The translations under genes were made by a program, and so were the position numbers. The notes under the pieces were generated by a model. That model searched no databases and had not been told where the DNA came from. It saw only the letters and a program-made list of their open reading frames with translations. Shown here in pieces: positions 1 through 10,500 of a DNA stretch of 64,000 bases. The stretch spans positions 80,017 to 144,016 of the forward strand of contig CAVKRQ010000002.1 of the NCBI GenBank assembly GCA_963658925.1. The letters are read 5' to 3'. Each line of letters opens with the position of its first letter. The first letter of the stretch is position 1. Origin of the DNA: a bacterium (GTDB taxonomy: Bacteria > Bacteroidota > Bacteroidia > Bacteroidales > Marinilabiliaceae).

Positions 1-2009
1 ATGTCTTGGCTAAGTTGCTCTGGCACATAAAGTTTTGCTCCCTCGCTCGCCCACGACCTGTAAAATTTGTGGACATAGTGCATGCTCCATCCAATGGTGA
101 GTTTGTTGCCCTCTTTGGCCACTTTCTTAAATGTGTAGCTTGCATCAGCCTCGGCAAATTCAAATGGGAGGTTTGGCGCCTGGTCGTTATATGTGGCGGA
201 GGGCGCGCCTATCGAGTTCAGCCTCTCTTTGTCGCGCATGCTCTGTCTCGTGAAACTACCGCCTACGCTGACTGCTTCTCTGTACATATAGCGTAGGCTG
301 ATGTCTGCTCCAAGCCCCAGCATCTTGCCGTGGTTGGTGCTAACCGCAACACCGCTTTGACCGATTGTCCTGATTATGTAGTCGTTGACAAGGCGGTAGT
401 TGAAGCCGCTTTCCGCATCAATCTCATGTCCGGCTCCAAATGGGAACCGCAGGCTGATGTTAAGGTTGATATTGTCGCTCTTCTCGGGGCTGAGTGTTGT
501 ATTGCTCTCTTCATAGTCACCGTCTCCGAACAGCTCGCGGGCTGAGGGCATCCTGTATGTCCGCTCGTATGACAATTTGAGTTGCAAGAGCTCGGTTAGT
601 AAGTGATGTGTGCCGACTCCGCCCCATCCAACGGCACTGATGTCGCGGCTCTGCTCCTCATATTCTGTGCGCCCCGTGCTCGATATGTTGACAGGTCCTG
701 TTACTTTACTGTTGTAAGTCTTGACGAAGACTTGCGCATCCCAGTCCGCGTCGCCTATATATCTGTATGAGACGCCCAATACATTTTTGACGCTTATCCT
801 GCGCATGAATGTGGCCGCGCTGCTTTGGACGCTGTTGGCCGCACTGTTTGTGGTTCGCCGCCTGTAGTGGCTATATGTGTTGTTAGCTGTGAGGAAATGT
901 TTTGCACCTATGTTGTATGTCAAGTTGCCGACACAAGCTAATGTGTAACCCTTATACTCCGCTAATGTGGCGACTCCTTCTCCCTGGTATGACTTCTCCT
1001 TATATTCCCCGGTCCAACTGTATGTCCTGTTCAGAGTGTCAACGTTATTAGTCCTTACTATGTCATATCTGGCCGAGAGACGCAGGTTGAGGCCTTGCGC
1101 CACCATGTTGCGCTTCTCATAGAGCAATGAAGGAGCCACGCCGTGCGCAGTCCGGTGTTTGCCGCCAAAGACTATTTTCATGAGGTTGGCGTTCTGAATC
1201 TGGGCATACTCCTGACTGTAATTCGCCCCGACTATTAATCTGTCTGCCCAGGGCTTATTCTCGACCCCGATGCGCAATATGACGGCCTCGTTGTGATATT
1301 TGTCATGGAAGCGGCGGAACCATCGCTCCTCCTTGCTAACAGCGTTGGTCTTGAGGTCCGTCCATTGCGTCTTGACCTTATAGTCGTTGTCCGAGTAGTT
1401 CTGGTAAGCGTTAAGCCTGAGGCTAAGCCCCTTGCTGCCGAAGAGTCCCACCGAAATGTTTGTGCGGTGTGTGTTGAATGAGCCATAGCTGTAGCTGACG
1501 TCTACATATGTGCGCGGCGTCCTGTCTGACACTATGTTAATCACGCCGCCCAAGGCGTCACCGCCAAAGTTGACCGGCACGACGCCCTTATAAACCTCTA
1601 TGCGGCTCGCAAAACCCGAGGGGATGTTATTGATGCCAAAACTTGATGACGCCCCATCCATCGGCACGCCATCCAAGAAAATCTTTACGTGTTTGCCTGT
1701 GAAACCATTCAGGTTGATGCTCGCGCTTGAGCCTACGCCTCCATCTTCGCGGACTTTGAGGCCGGACACTTTGTCCAAAATCTTCCCCAAGTCCTGATTG
1801 GTGTTTCTTAACTGCCTTGTGTCAACAGCGGTGACGCTAAACGCCGATGTGTTTACCCTGCTTACGGCATTTCCGCGGACTACGACTTCGTCAATCCGCT
1901 GGTTATCGTTAATAAGTATGGTGTCTCGCTTTTGCTGGCCCCATGCCGATGCGCTCATCAGCATGCAACAAAACAATAATACTTCTCGGTTACAATTACT
2001 TCGTGTCAT
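1..2009 (-). CDS. TonB-dependent outer-membrane receptor, N-terminal 669 codons (3' end of the gene lies left of the window)
   Basis: Absent from the ORF track because it has no stop codon inside the window. Translating the minus strand from the ATG (complement of 2007-2009) gives MTRSNCNREVLLFCCMLMSASAWGQQ (signal peptide). Plug-domain motifs follow: DEVVVRG, LDKVSGLKV, INLNGFTGKHVKIFLDGVPM, IEVYKGVVPVNFGGDALGGVINIVS. I checked every codon of this frame from 2009 down to position 3 and found no stop. Confidence 0.85.
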   Translation of the reverse strand, partial: MTRSNCNREVLLFCCMLMSASAWGQQKRDTILINDNQRIDEVVVRGNAVSRVNTSAFSVTAVDTRQLRNTNQDLGKILDKVSGLKVREDGGVGSSASINLNGFTGKHVKIFLDGVPMDGASSSFGINNIPSGFASRIEVYKGVVPVNFGGDALGGVINIVSDRTPRTYVDVSYSYGSFNTHRTNISVGLFGSKGLSLRLNAYQNYSDNDYKVKTQWTDLKTNAVSKEERWFRRFHDKYHNEAVILRIGVENKPWADRLIVGANYSQEYAQIQNANLMKIVFGGKHRTAHGVAPSLLYEKRNMVAQGLNLRLSARYDIVRTNNVDTLNRTYSWTGEYKEKSYQGEGVATLAEYKGYTLACVGNLTYNIGAKHFLTANNTYSHYRRRTTNSAANSVQSSAATFMRRISVKNVLGVSYRYIGDADWDAQVFVKTYNSKVTGPVNISSTGRTEYEEQSRDISAVGWGGVGTHHLLTELLQLKLSYERTYRMPSARELFGDGDYEESNTTLSPEKSDNINLNISLRFPFGAGHEIDAESGFNYRLVNDYIIRTIGQSGVAVSTNHGKMLGLGADISLRYMYREAVSVGGSFTRQSMRDKERLNSIGAPSATYNDQAPNLPFEFAEADASYTFKKVAKEGNKLTIGWSMHYVHKFYRSWASEGAKLYVPEQLSQD

Positions 2010-2347
2010 ATCATTATTGTTCCCCTCCCAATGACGGAAGGGGGATAATAGTGGTACAGATCGGGAGTAATTGTACGTCGGGCCTAGCACTTCCGGGGCG
2101 GCCTCTTCTTCTGCTTTCGCTTAGTGCCGCGTCACGGACGATATGGGCAATGACTGTTTCTCGCCTGTCAGTTGCTTTTATGTTTTTCGTCTGCAAAGTA
2201 AGTGCTGATGCGCCGTGTGCGCAATACCTATTTGCAGTGATTTTTTTATGAGGATTAGTCGTTTTACCGTAGCCAGACGGCGTAGACCATAGTCTCCAAT
2301 ACCCACAAATAATTATTTCGCGACTTCGGACGCATTGGGGCGTGGCA

Positions 2348-2391
2348 CGAAAACGCAAACGGCGGGTAGTCTCTCGAAAAGACTACCCGCC
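2348..2391 (-). terminator. Rho-independent terminator after atpC
   Basis: Perfect 12-bp stem ggcgggtagtct / agactacccgcc (2361-2391). On the minus strand it is followed by GTTTGCGTTTTCG. It sits about 30 nt downstream of the atpC stop. Confidence 0.65.
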
Positions 2392-2422
2392 GCTTGGCTT
2401 TTATCGCGATGCGCTGAACTTT

Positions 2423-2674
2423 TTAAGCGTTCAGCAGAATCGACACTTTGTTATTTGAGCACTCGACATAGCCGGCTTGGCAGTCGAATGCCTCCTCGGG
2501 CTTGCCAACTGGCTTCACCCTTATCTGCCCGGTTGAGAGCGAGGCGATGATGGGCGCATGGTTTCGCAAGATAGCGAAACGACCGCGCTTGCCCGGCATC
2601 TCTACGAGCTCCACGTCGCCACTGAAGACTACCTTCTCTGGCGAGACGATTTCGAGATTGAGTGGCGTTTCCAT
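2423..2674 (-). CDS. atpC: F1 ATP synthase epsilon subunit (short form, 83 aa)
   Basis: The ORF METPLNLEIVSPEKVVFSGDVELVEMPGKRGRFAILRNHAPIIASL... matches the N-terminal beta-sandwich of epsilon. It lies immediately downstream of atpD. Confidence 0.9.
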   Translation of the reverse strand: METPLNLEIVSPEKVVFSGDVELVEMPGKRGRFAILRNHAPIIASLSTGQIRVKPVGKPEEAFDCQAGYVECSNNKVSILLNA

Positions 2675-2696
2675 GTTACTGTCTTTTTATGTCGGT

Positions 2697-4226
<1,530 letters not shown>

Positions 4227-4239
4227 TTATGTTGTTGTC

Positions 4240-5214
4240 TTACTTGTTCCTTTTGAATAGCTTGTCGGCGTAGTCGATGAAGTAGCGTTTGCCCTCGGCT
4301 GGAATCTCCATCTCGCGTAACTTGGACATCGCTTTTTCATACAGCTCCTCCACCTTCTTCTCTGTTGCGGCGCGTGCGCCAGTCGCCTCGAAAAGGTCGC
4401 GCATGGCCTCTATCTTCTCCTCTCGGACGGGGTCCGGGTTAGACAGCCAGGCCTGCATCTCGCGCTTCTGTCCGCTGTCCGCAAGCCCGAGGGCGGAAAT
4501 AAGCATGTACGTCTTCTTGTTCTCCATGATGTCACCACCTATGGCTTTGCCAAAAGTGGCTGGGTCGCCAAAACTGTCCAAGAGGTCATCCTGCAGCTGG
4601 AATGCGAGCCCTATCAGGATTCCGTAGTCATAAAGAGCCTGGGTGTCCTGGGCCGTCGCCCCTCCTGCCAACGCTCCAATCTTGATGGCCCCGGCAAGAA
4701 GAACCGCGGTCTTGAGCCTGATCATCTCTATGTACTCTTCCGTGGTGACGTCATCACGGGTCTCAAAGTCCATGTCAAGCTGCTGCCCTTCGCACACCTC
4801 TCGCGCTGTCTGGTTGAACGTGTCGACGATGAGTGAGAATGAGGGCGAGTCTGTTTTCTGTAGCAGACGATAGGCCTCAATCAGCATTGCGTCTCCGCTC
4901 AAGATGGCTGTGTTGAGTCCATACTTCGCCACGACGGTCGGCTTCCCGCGCCTGATGCCGGCGTTGTCCATCACGTCGTCATGCAGGAGCGTGAAGTTGT
5001 GGAACACCTCAATGGCCATGGCCGGCCACTTGGCCTGCTCGTAGCCGTCTTTGAAAAGTGCGCAGGTCGAAAGGCACAAGACCGGGCGCAACCTCTTGCC
5101 GCCAAGCGACATGGAGTATCGTATGGGGTCGTAGAGGTTCTTCGGAGCTTGGCCATAGTCAATCTCCGACAGCCACTTGTCTACGTCTGTTAATATGTTG
5201 TCTACCGAAAGCAT
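4240..5214 (-). CDS. Polyprenyl (geranylgeranyl/farnesyl-type) diphosphate synthase
   Basis: Two Asp-rich motifs, LLHDDVMD and QLQDDLLD, and GGKRLRP. The ATG at 5214 is preferred; the track's 5235 start is a TTG. Confidence 0.88.
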   Translation of the reverse strand: MLSVDNILTDVDKWLSEIDYGQAPKNLYDPIRYSMSLGGKRLRPVLCLSTCALFKDGYEQAKWPAMAIEVFHNFTLLHDDVMDNAGIRRGKPTVVAKYGLNTAILSGDAMLIEAYRLLQKTDSPSFSLIVDTFNQTAREVCEGQQLDMDFETRDDVTTEEYIEMIRLKTAVLLAGAIKIGALAGGATAQDTQALYDYGILIGLAFQLQDDLLDSFGDPATFGKAIGGDIMENKKTYMLISALGLADSGQKREMQAWLSNPDPVREEKIEAMRDLFEATGARAATEKKVEELYEKAMSKLREMEIPAEGKRYFIDYADKLFKRNK

Positions 5215-5299
5215 TAGTTCTCCTTGTCTTATCAAAGATACGAAAAGAGTTGAAATCTACATCACGACAAATCAACTCTTTTGCGTTTTGTAGTCTTTT

Positions 5300-5749
5300 T
5301 TAAAATTCGCGGCCCTCTATCTCCTGTATCTTCAGTCGCCATCGCTCCAGGATGGGGATGCTCGCCTGGGTCCTTTTGCTGAAACCGGACATGATGGAGT
5401 CAGATACCGCCTTGACCGCGCCGCTGTCCTTGTCCACTATGGCCATGATCATGTTGATGCTTTTGTAGCCTATCCTATGGACGGCCACGCGCACCTCGAT
5501 ATTGTCCTCTAAGTGGACCTGCTGGAGGAAGTCTGTGGTGTACGACACCACGAGCATCGTCGAGTCGCCCTTGTAAAAGTCCTCGCCGCAGCACAGCCGC
5601 AGATATTCGGCGCGCCCGATGTCGAAATACGCCTGCATGGCGCCATTGTTGGCATGGCCGTAGCCGTCAAGGTCGTTGAAGCGGGTCTGTATGTCCGCGC
5701 GAACCTTGAAGTCGTAATGCTCTATGTCTATCGGGTATTCTTTTTTCAT
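5300..5749 (-). CDS. Hotdog-fold acyl-CoA thioesterase (4HBT/YbgC-like)
   Basis: 149 aa. The N-terminal pattern VRADIQTRFNDLDGYGHANNGAMQAYFDIGRAEYL is typical of 4HBT thioesterases. Confidence 0.75.
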   Translation of the reverse strand: MKKEYPIDIEHYDFKVRADIQTRFNDLDGYGHANNGAMQAYFDIGRAEYLRLCCGEDFYKGDSTMLVVSYTTDFLQQVHLEDNIEVRVAVHRIGYKSINMIMAIVDKDSGAVKAVSDSIMSGFSKRTQASIPILERWRLKIQEIEGREF

Positions 5750-5799
5750 CCTGTCGTTGTCTGTCGTCTTGCGCGCTGGCGGGTGGCGCGTCTCGCTCC

Positions 5800-6387
5800 C
5801 TATGGCCTGATAACCGTCACCTCGCCATTAGCTTTGAGCTTGACTATGCTGCTCGGCTTCGACTTGGTGTTGTCGTCACGCCTGTAGCTCACCGCGTAGT
5901 CCACGCCGTCTTTTATCTCTTGCTCAATCTCCGCCCATGTGGCGGCAGAGGGGTGGCCGCTAATGTTGGCCGATGTGCTGACCACGGGTTTGCTGAACCG
6001 GTAGCACAGGTCGTGGCTGAACTTCTCGTTGGTCACGCGTATGCCCACCGAGCCGTCTTCCGCAATCAAGTTGTGCGCCAAGTTCTTTGCTCCATCCAAT
6101 ATGAGTGTGAGTGGCTTGTCGCTCAGCTCCATCATGTCGTATGCGACATCGGGAATCTCGCTGACATAGGCTTGGGCTCGCATTGGGCTGTCCACCAGCA
6201 CCAGCATGCTCTTGGCCTCCGCTCTCTGTTTAAGGGCGAAAACTTTGGCGACGGCTTCCGGGTTTGTAGCGTCGCAGCCTATGCCCCATACCGTGTCGGT
6301 GGGGTAGAGGACGATGCCACCCTCGCGCAAGGTCTTGACGGCCGAGCGGAGGTCCTCGTCATACCTCTCTTTCTCTTGCTGATTCAT
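5800..6387 (-). CDS. tsaC: L-threonylcarbamoyladenylate synthase (TsaC/YrdC family)
   Basis: 195 aa. YPTDTVWGIGCDATN, FALKQRAEAKSMLVLV and VSTSANISG are YrdC-domain signatures. Confidence 0.85.
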   Translation of the reverse strand: MNQQEKERYDEDLRSAVKTLREGGIVLYPTDTVWGIGCDATNPEAVAKVFALKQRAEAKSMLVLVDSPMRAQAYVSEIPDVAYDMMELSDKPLTLILDGAKNLAHNLIAEDGSVGIRVTNEKFSHDLCYRFSKPVVSTSANISGHPSAATWAEIEQEIKDGVDYAVSYRRDDNTKSKPSSIVKLKANGEVTVIRP

Positions 6388-6437
6388 CTGTCTCTTTTTA
6401 TTGTCTCAAAAAGTTGCCCCGGCCGTTTGCCGTCTAT

Positions 6438-6446
6438 CCCCCCCCC
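6438..6446. repeat. C9/G9 homopolymer tract
   Basis: Nine consecutive C on the plus strand (G9 on the coding strand of tsaC), 51-59 nt upstream of the tsaC ATG. Confidence 0.95.
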
Positions 6447-6497
6447 ACTCTGGCGTTTTGGGATTGAGCCGCCTTCGTGGTCGGTTTTCCGCAGTGT

Positions 6498-6580
6498 TAA
6501 AAGCCGCAAAGGCGCACCACGCTGAGTCTCAGTGGCGTTCCTTGCCACTTCTATTTCGTTCGTCTGTGGGCCTTTGCGGC
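6498..6580 (-). terminator. Long branched hairpin with U-tail downstream of dapD (probable terminator)
   Basis: Outer arms GCCGCAAAGGC (6503-6513) and GCCTTTGCGGC (6570-6580) are exact reverse complements. An inner hairpin agtggc-gttcctt-gccact lies at 6531-6549. On the minus strand the structure is followed by TTTTAAC. It begins about 16 nt after the dapD stop. Confidence 0.5.
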
Positions 6581-6595
6581 GTCTATGGACTAACT

Positions 6596-7417
6596 CTATG
6601 CCCCCAACCCGAAGTCGCGGAGGCAGTCGTTGAGGGATGTCTTCTTGTCTGTCGACTCTTTCCTTCGGCCAATGATGAGTGTAGCAGATGTGGCAAACTC
6701 GCCTGCGGGGAATTTCTTCACGTACGAGCCGGGAATTACCACGGAGCGGGGCGGAACATAGCCCTTGGTTATGACTGGCTCAGGGCCTGTCACGTCGATA
6801 ATCTTTGTAGAGCCCGTCAGCACGCAGCCCGCTGCCAAGACGGCCTCATGACCTATGTGGCAACCCTCGACGATGATGCACCTCGAACCTATGAAGGCGT
6901 GGTCCTCAATGATGACAGGTGCCGCCTGGACTGGCTCCAGTACGCCGCCTACGCCTACGCCGCCGCTCAAGTGGACGCCGCGTCCCACCTGCGCGCAACT
7001 GCCGACGGTGGCCCAAGTGTCCACCATGGTGCCGCTGCCCACGTATGCGCCTATGTTCACGAATGACGGCATCATGACCACGCCTTTCTCAAGAAACGAG
7101 CCGTAGCGCGCCACGGCGTGGGGAACGGCCCTTACGCCCATGTCCGCATAACCATGCTTCAAGGGCACTTTGTCGTTCCACTCAAACGGGTCGCACTCGA
7201 TGGTCTTCATGTCATGGATGGGGAAGTAGAGAATGATGGCCTTCTTTACCCATTCATTCACTGTCCAGTTCTCACCACTCTCGTCGGGGGTCGCACAGCG
7301 CAACTGGCCCTTGTCGAGCAGGGCGACAATCTGGTCGATGCCCTTGCGTACGTCAGCTTTCTCAAGCAGAGTGCGGTCAGCCCATGCGGCCTCCGCCAAC
7401 TCTCTCAGTTCTTCCAT
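6596..7417 (-). CDS. dapD: 2,3,4,5-tetrahydropyridine-2,6-dicarboxylate N-succinyltransferase
   Basis: 273 aa. MPSFVNIGAYVGSGTMVDTWATVGSCAQVGRGVHLSGGVGVGGVLEP is near-identical to the DapD hexapeptide core as I recall it from E. coli. Confidence 0.92.
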   Translation of the reverse strand: MEELRELAEAAWADRTLLEKADVRKGIDQIVALLDKGQLRCATPDESGENWTVNEWVKKAIILYFPIHDMKTIECDPFEWNDKVPLKHGYADMGVRAVPHAVARYGSFLEKGVVMMPSFVNIGAYVGSGTMVDTWATVGSCAQVGRGVHLSGGVGVGGVLEPVQAAPVIIEDHAFIGSRCIIVEGCHIGHEAVLAAGCVLTGSTKIIDVTGPEPVITKGYVPPRSVVIPGSYVKKFPAGEFATSATLIIGRRKESTDKKTSLNDCLRDFGLGA

Positions 7418-7520
7418 TCTTCTGTATTTAGGTTAGGTTTGTCATCCCGTCCCGCGGCGAGAATATGCAGTCCAGCCGCATATGGCGCAATCGGCTTGAC
7501 TGCGCGGACGGGGTGTGTGA

Positions 7521-10500
7521 TTATAGTCTTATCGTCTCTAATTTCTTTTTCAACTTGCTCTTCTTATAACTCTCGATGCGGTCGAAGAGACGGCGGAGCA
7601 GGTCAAAGTAGAGCGTGACGTAGAAGATGCCGACGAAGACCCATATGACGATGACGTTGAACAGGGGTGTCGGAATAAACTTGTCGCCCACGCGCTTGAA
7701 CGCCGAGTAGAGATGGGCGCGGCCCATGGTGTTCTCCGGCATGTCATACACAGGTTGGCGCTTGCGAATCATCTTGTCGGGGTAAACGGCAATCTGCTCG
7801 AACTTGTCCTTCGATTGAGCCAAACGGCCCAGCGCCTCGTTTGTCGCCCTGTGCTTGAGTGCCGCCAATGCCTCGGCCGACCCGAGCTCGGACACCATGG
7901 CGTTGGCTATGCTGTCGCACTTTGACGATGCCGCCCTGAATCTCGACTGCGCCTCGGCTTTAAGGTAGCTTGTCGCTTTGGCTGTCTGGATTTTCTCGTC
8001 CACGCCACCATGCTGCGTCACAGAGTCTGGCAGTGTGACACCCATGGCTTTAGTAATTCTGTCCAACTCGCTGCGCACGAGACGCGCCTTCCCCTCGTCC
8101 TCGCTCATAGAGCGGCTGATGCTCTCCACCTCGGGAAGCCATGATGAGGCGATATAGGACGCCTGGCTGCGCTCAACCTCCGTGTCGAAGAATCTGCGCT
8201 CATACGGGTTGCGGACATACTGGTCCACGGCGAGCGCCTCATACGCCCACCGCGAAATCATTACGTCGCCTATCACAGGCGTGTACTCGCGGTTGCCCAA
8301 GGCCGGGTGAAGCCTCTCGAAGTCCACCATCGTGCCGCTGAAGACTAACTGGGGCACCAGTACCAACGGGATGGATATGTAGATGGACACGGCGGTCTTG
8401 AGTCCGCTGCTTATGTTCAGACCGAAGATTATGGCGAAGGCGAATGTGCTGAACAGGATTCCTATGTGCACGGGCCACAAGTCTATGCTTATGCCCATAA
8501 TCGTGTGACCTATGCCCACCAACATCAGCGTCTGCACGAGCGACATGGCCAGCAGGTTGACTATCTTGGCCGACAGGTATGACGTGCGGCTAAGGTTGAG
8601 GAACTGCTCCCTCATCAGCAGCTTGCGGTCTTTTATTATCTCCTCGGCAGAGGTGTTCAAACCCACGAAGATGGCAACTACGACGCACATGAACAGGTAG
8701 GTCGGCAGGTTGGTGTTGTCGTAGAGGGTGTAGCCCCCGCTCTCGCCAACGTAGTGCGTGGCAAAGGCTAACAGCAATGCCAGGATGGGAACCTCCAGGA
8801 TGTTGAGCAGCATGTACTGCGTGTCTTTCAACTTTTTGAGGGCGTCGCGCAGCATGAATGTGGCAAACTGGCTGCGGCGTGTCGGGATGGAGTAGAGGTT
8901 GTCCGGCAACTTCTCTTTCACAGTGGACTTCTTGGCCTTCCAGTCAAAGCTGGCCTCGAACTCGTCGCAGTATTGCTGATACCACTCCTTGGGCGTCACC
9001 TTGCGCTTGCGGATGAGTTTGCCGGACGGGTCCACCATTCTCGCCTCGATGATGCGCAAAGGCTGCTCGGTCTTGACGTTGCCGCACAGGTAGCACTCGC
9101 GCTCCTCGGGATTGACGTAGTGGGCTTTCTTCTTGAAGTAGACTATGGCGTTCATCGGGTTGCCGTTGTAGGCAATGTAGCCGCCTTGGTCTATGATGAG
9201 CAGCTTGTCTAAGAGCTTGTATATGTCGCTGTTGGGTTGATGTATGTTGATTATGACCAACTTGCCCTTCAGCACCTGGCGCTTCAGCAGCGACATTACC
9301 TTCTCCGAGTCTGAGCTTGAGAGACCGGATGTCGGCTCGTCGACGAAGAGTATTGACGGCTCGCGCATCAGCTCCAGTGCTATGTTCAGTCGCTTGCGCT
9401 GGCCGCCACTCAACACCTTGTTCAGAGGGCTGCCCACTTTCAGGTTGCGAGCCTCCACGAGGTCGAAGTCCGACAGGGCCTTCTCGATGAGTTTCTTCTT
9501 CTCGGCTGTGCTCTTGTTGCTGAAGAGCAGGCGGGCGTTGAACCACAGGTTCTCCCAGACGGTCAGCTCCTCGTTCAGCATGTCGTCTTGCGGGACGTAG
9601 CCTATCACGCCTTCCAACTCCTTGTGGTCCGCATGCAGGTCATAGCCGTTTATCGTTATGCGACCATGGCTCGGCTTGCATTTGCCGCACATGAGGTTCA
9701 TGAGTGTGCTCTTGCCTGCGCCCGAGCCTCCCATGATGCCGACCAGCTGGCCGCTCTTGCCAAGAAAGCTGAACTGGTGTACGCCAATGTTGTCGTCCGA
9801 GAATTTGTATTCTATGTCAACAGCCTTGTAAACGATTCGCCCGGTCTCGGGGCGCGTGATGAACTTCTCGGCGATGTGACCATAGTAGACTGGCCGTACG
9901 TGACTCGTGTTGAGCACGCAGCCCGGAGACATGGGGTATACTTTCCCGGGGTCCAACCTGTGCCCGCTCAGGTACAAGTTGCGCTCCCCGTTATATCTGA
10001 ATACGAATGTGTTTGTCGATTTGATGTGCAGCACCCAGACGCAAACGCCGAATTTGCTAATGTAGATGTGCTTGATGTCGGGGTGGAGCTTCTCCGGCTT
10101 GCCGTTGATGATCAACAGGCGGCTCTTGTCCACCACATTGCCTGGCAATTCGAGGGTGAAGGTCTTGAGGTTCCAATAGTCCTCTGGCGGAATCCTCAGC
10201 AGCTCGGCCAGCTCGTCAACGAATCGCTCCTCGTCAAACCCTATCTCAGGCTTGCTTATGTAGTTGAGCATGGCCGAGAGCAGCAGTATCTTCTCGTTCA
10301 GGCCAATCTCAAGGTTGACGTCGTTGCAGATGACCACCATCCGCCGCAAGTTCTCATTCGTCTGCGCCTTGCGGGCGCTCTCGTCCCCTTCTTCCGCGTC
10401 TCTGTGAAATTTGTCAAGATAGTATTCGTATCGCGTCAGGAACTTGCGCACGTACTCCGCGTTGAATTGGCGAGACAGGTATTCGCCCACTTTCTCCTTG

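Noticed and set aside
2010-2347. Cobalamin or TPP riboswitch call for the receptor leader.
   Set aside because: The B12 box/GCCACUG and the TPP CUGAGA/ACCUGAUCUGGAUAAUGCCAGCG cores are not present on the relevant strand. Only a short CCCGAUCUG resemblance exists. I kept it as an unassigned structured leader instead.
2014-2358. 114-aa minus-strand ORF filling the leader between atpC and the TonB-dependent receptor.
   Set aside because: Arg-rich, motif-free translation (…RRRGRPGSARPDV…). It starts inside the atpC terminator hairpin. More plausibly this is non-coding leader RNA.
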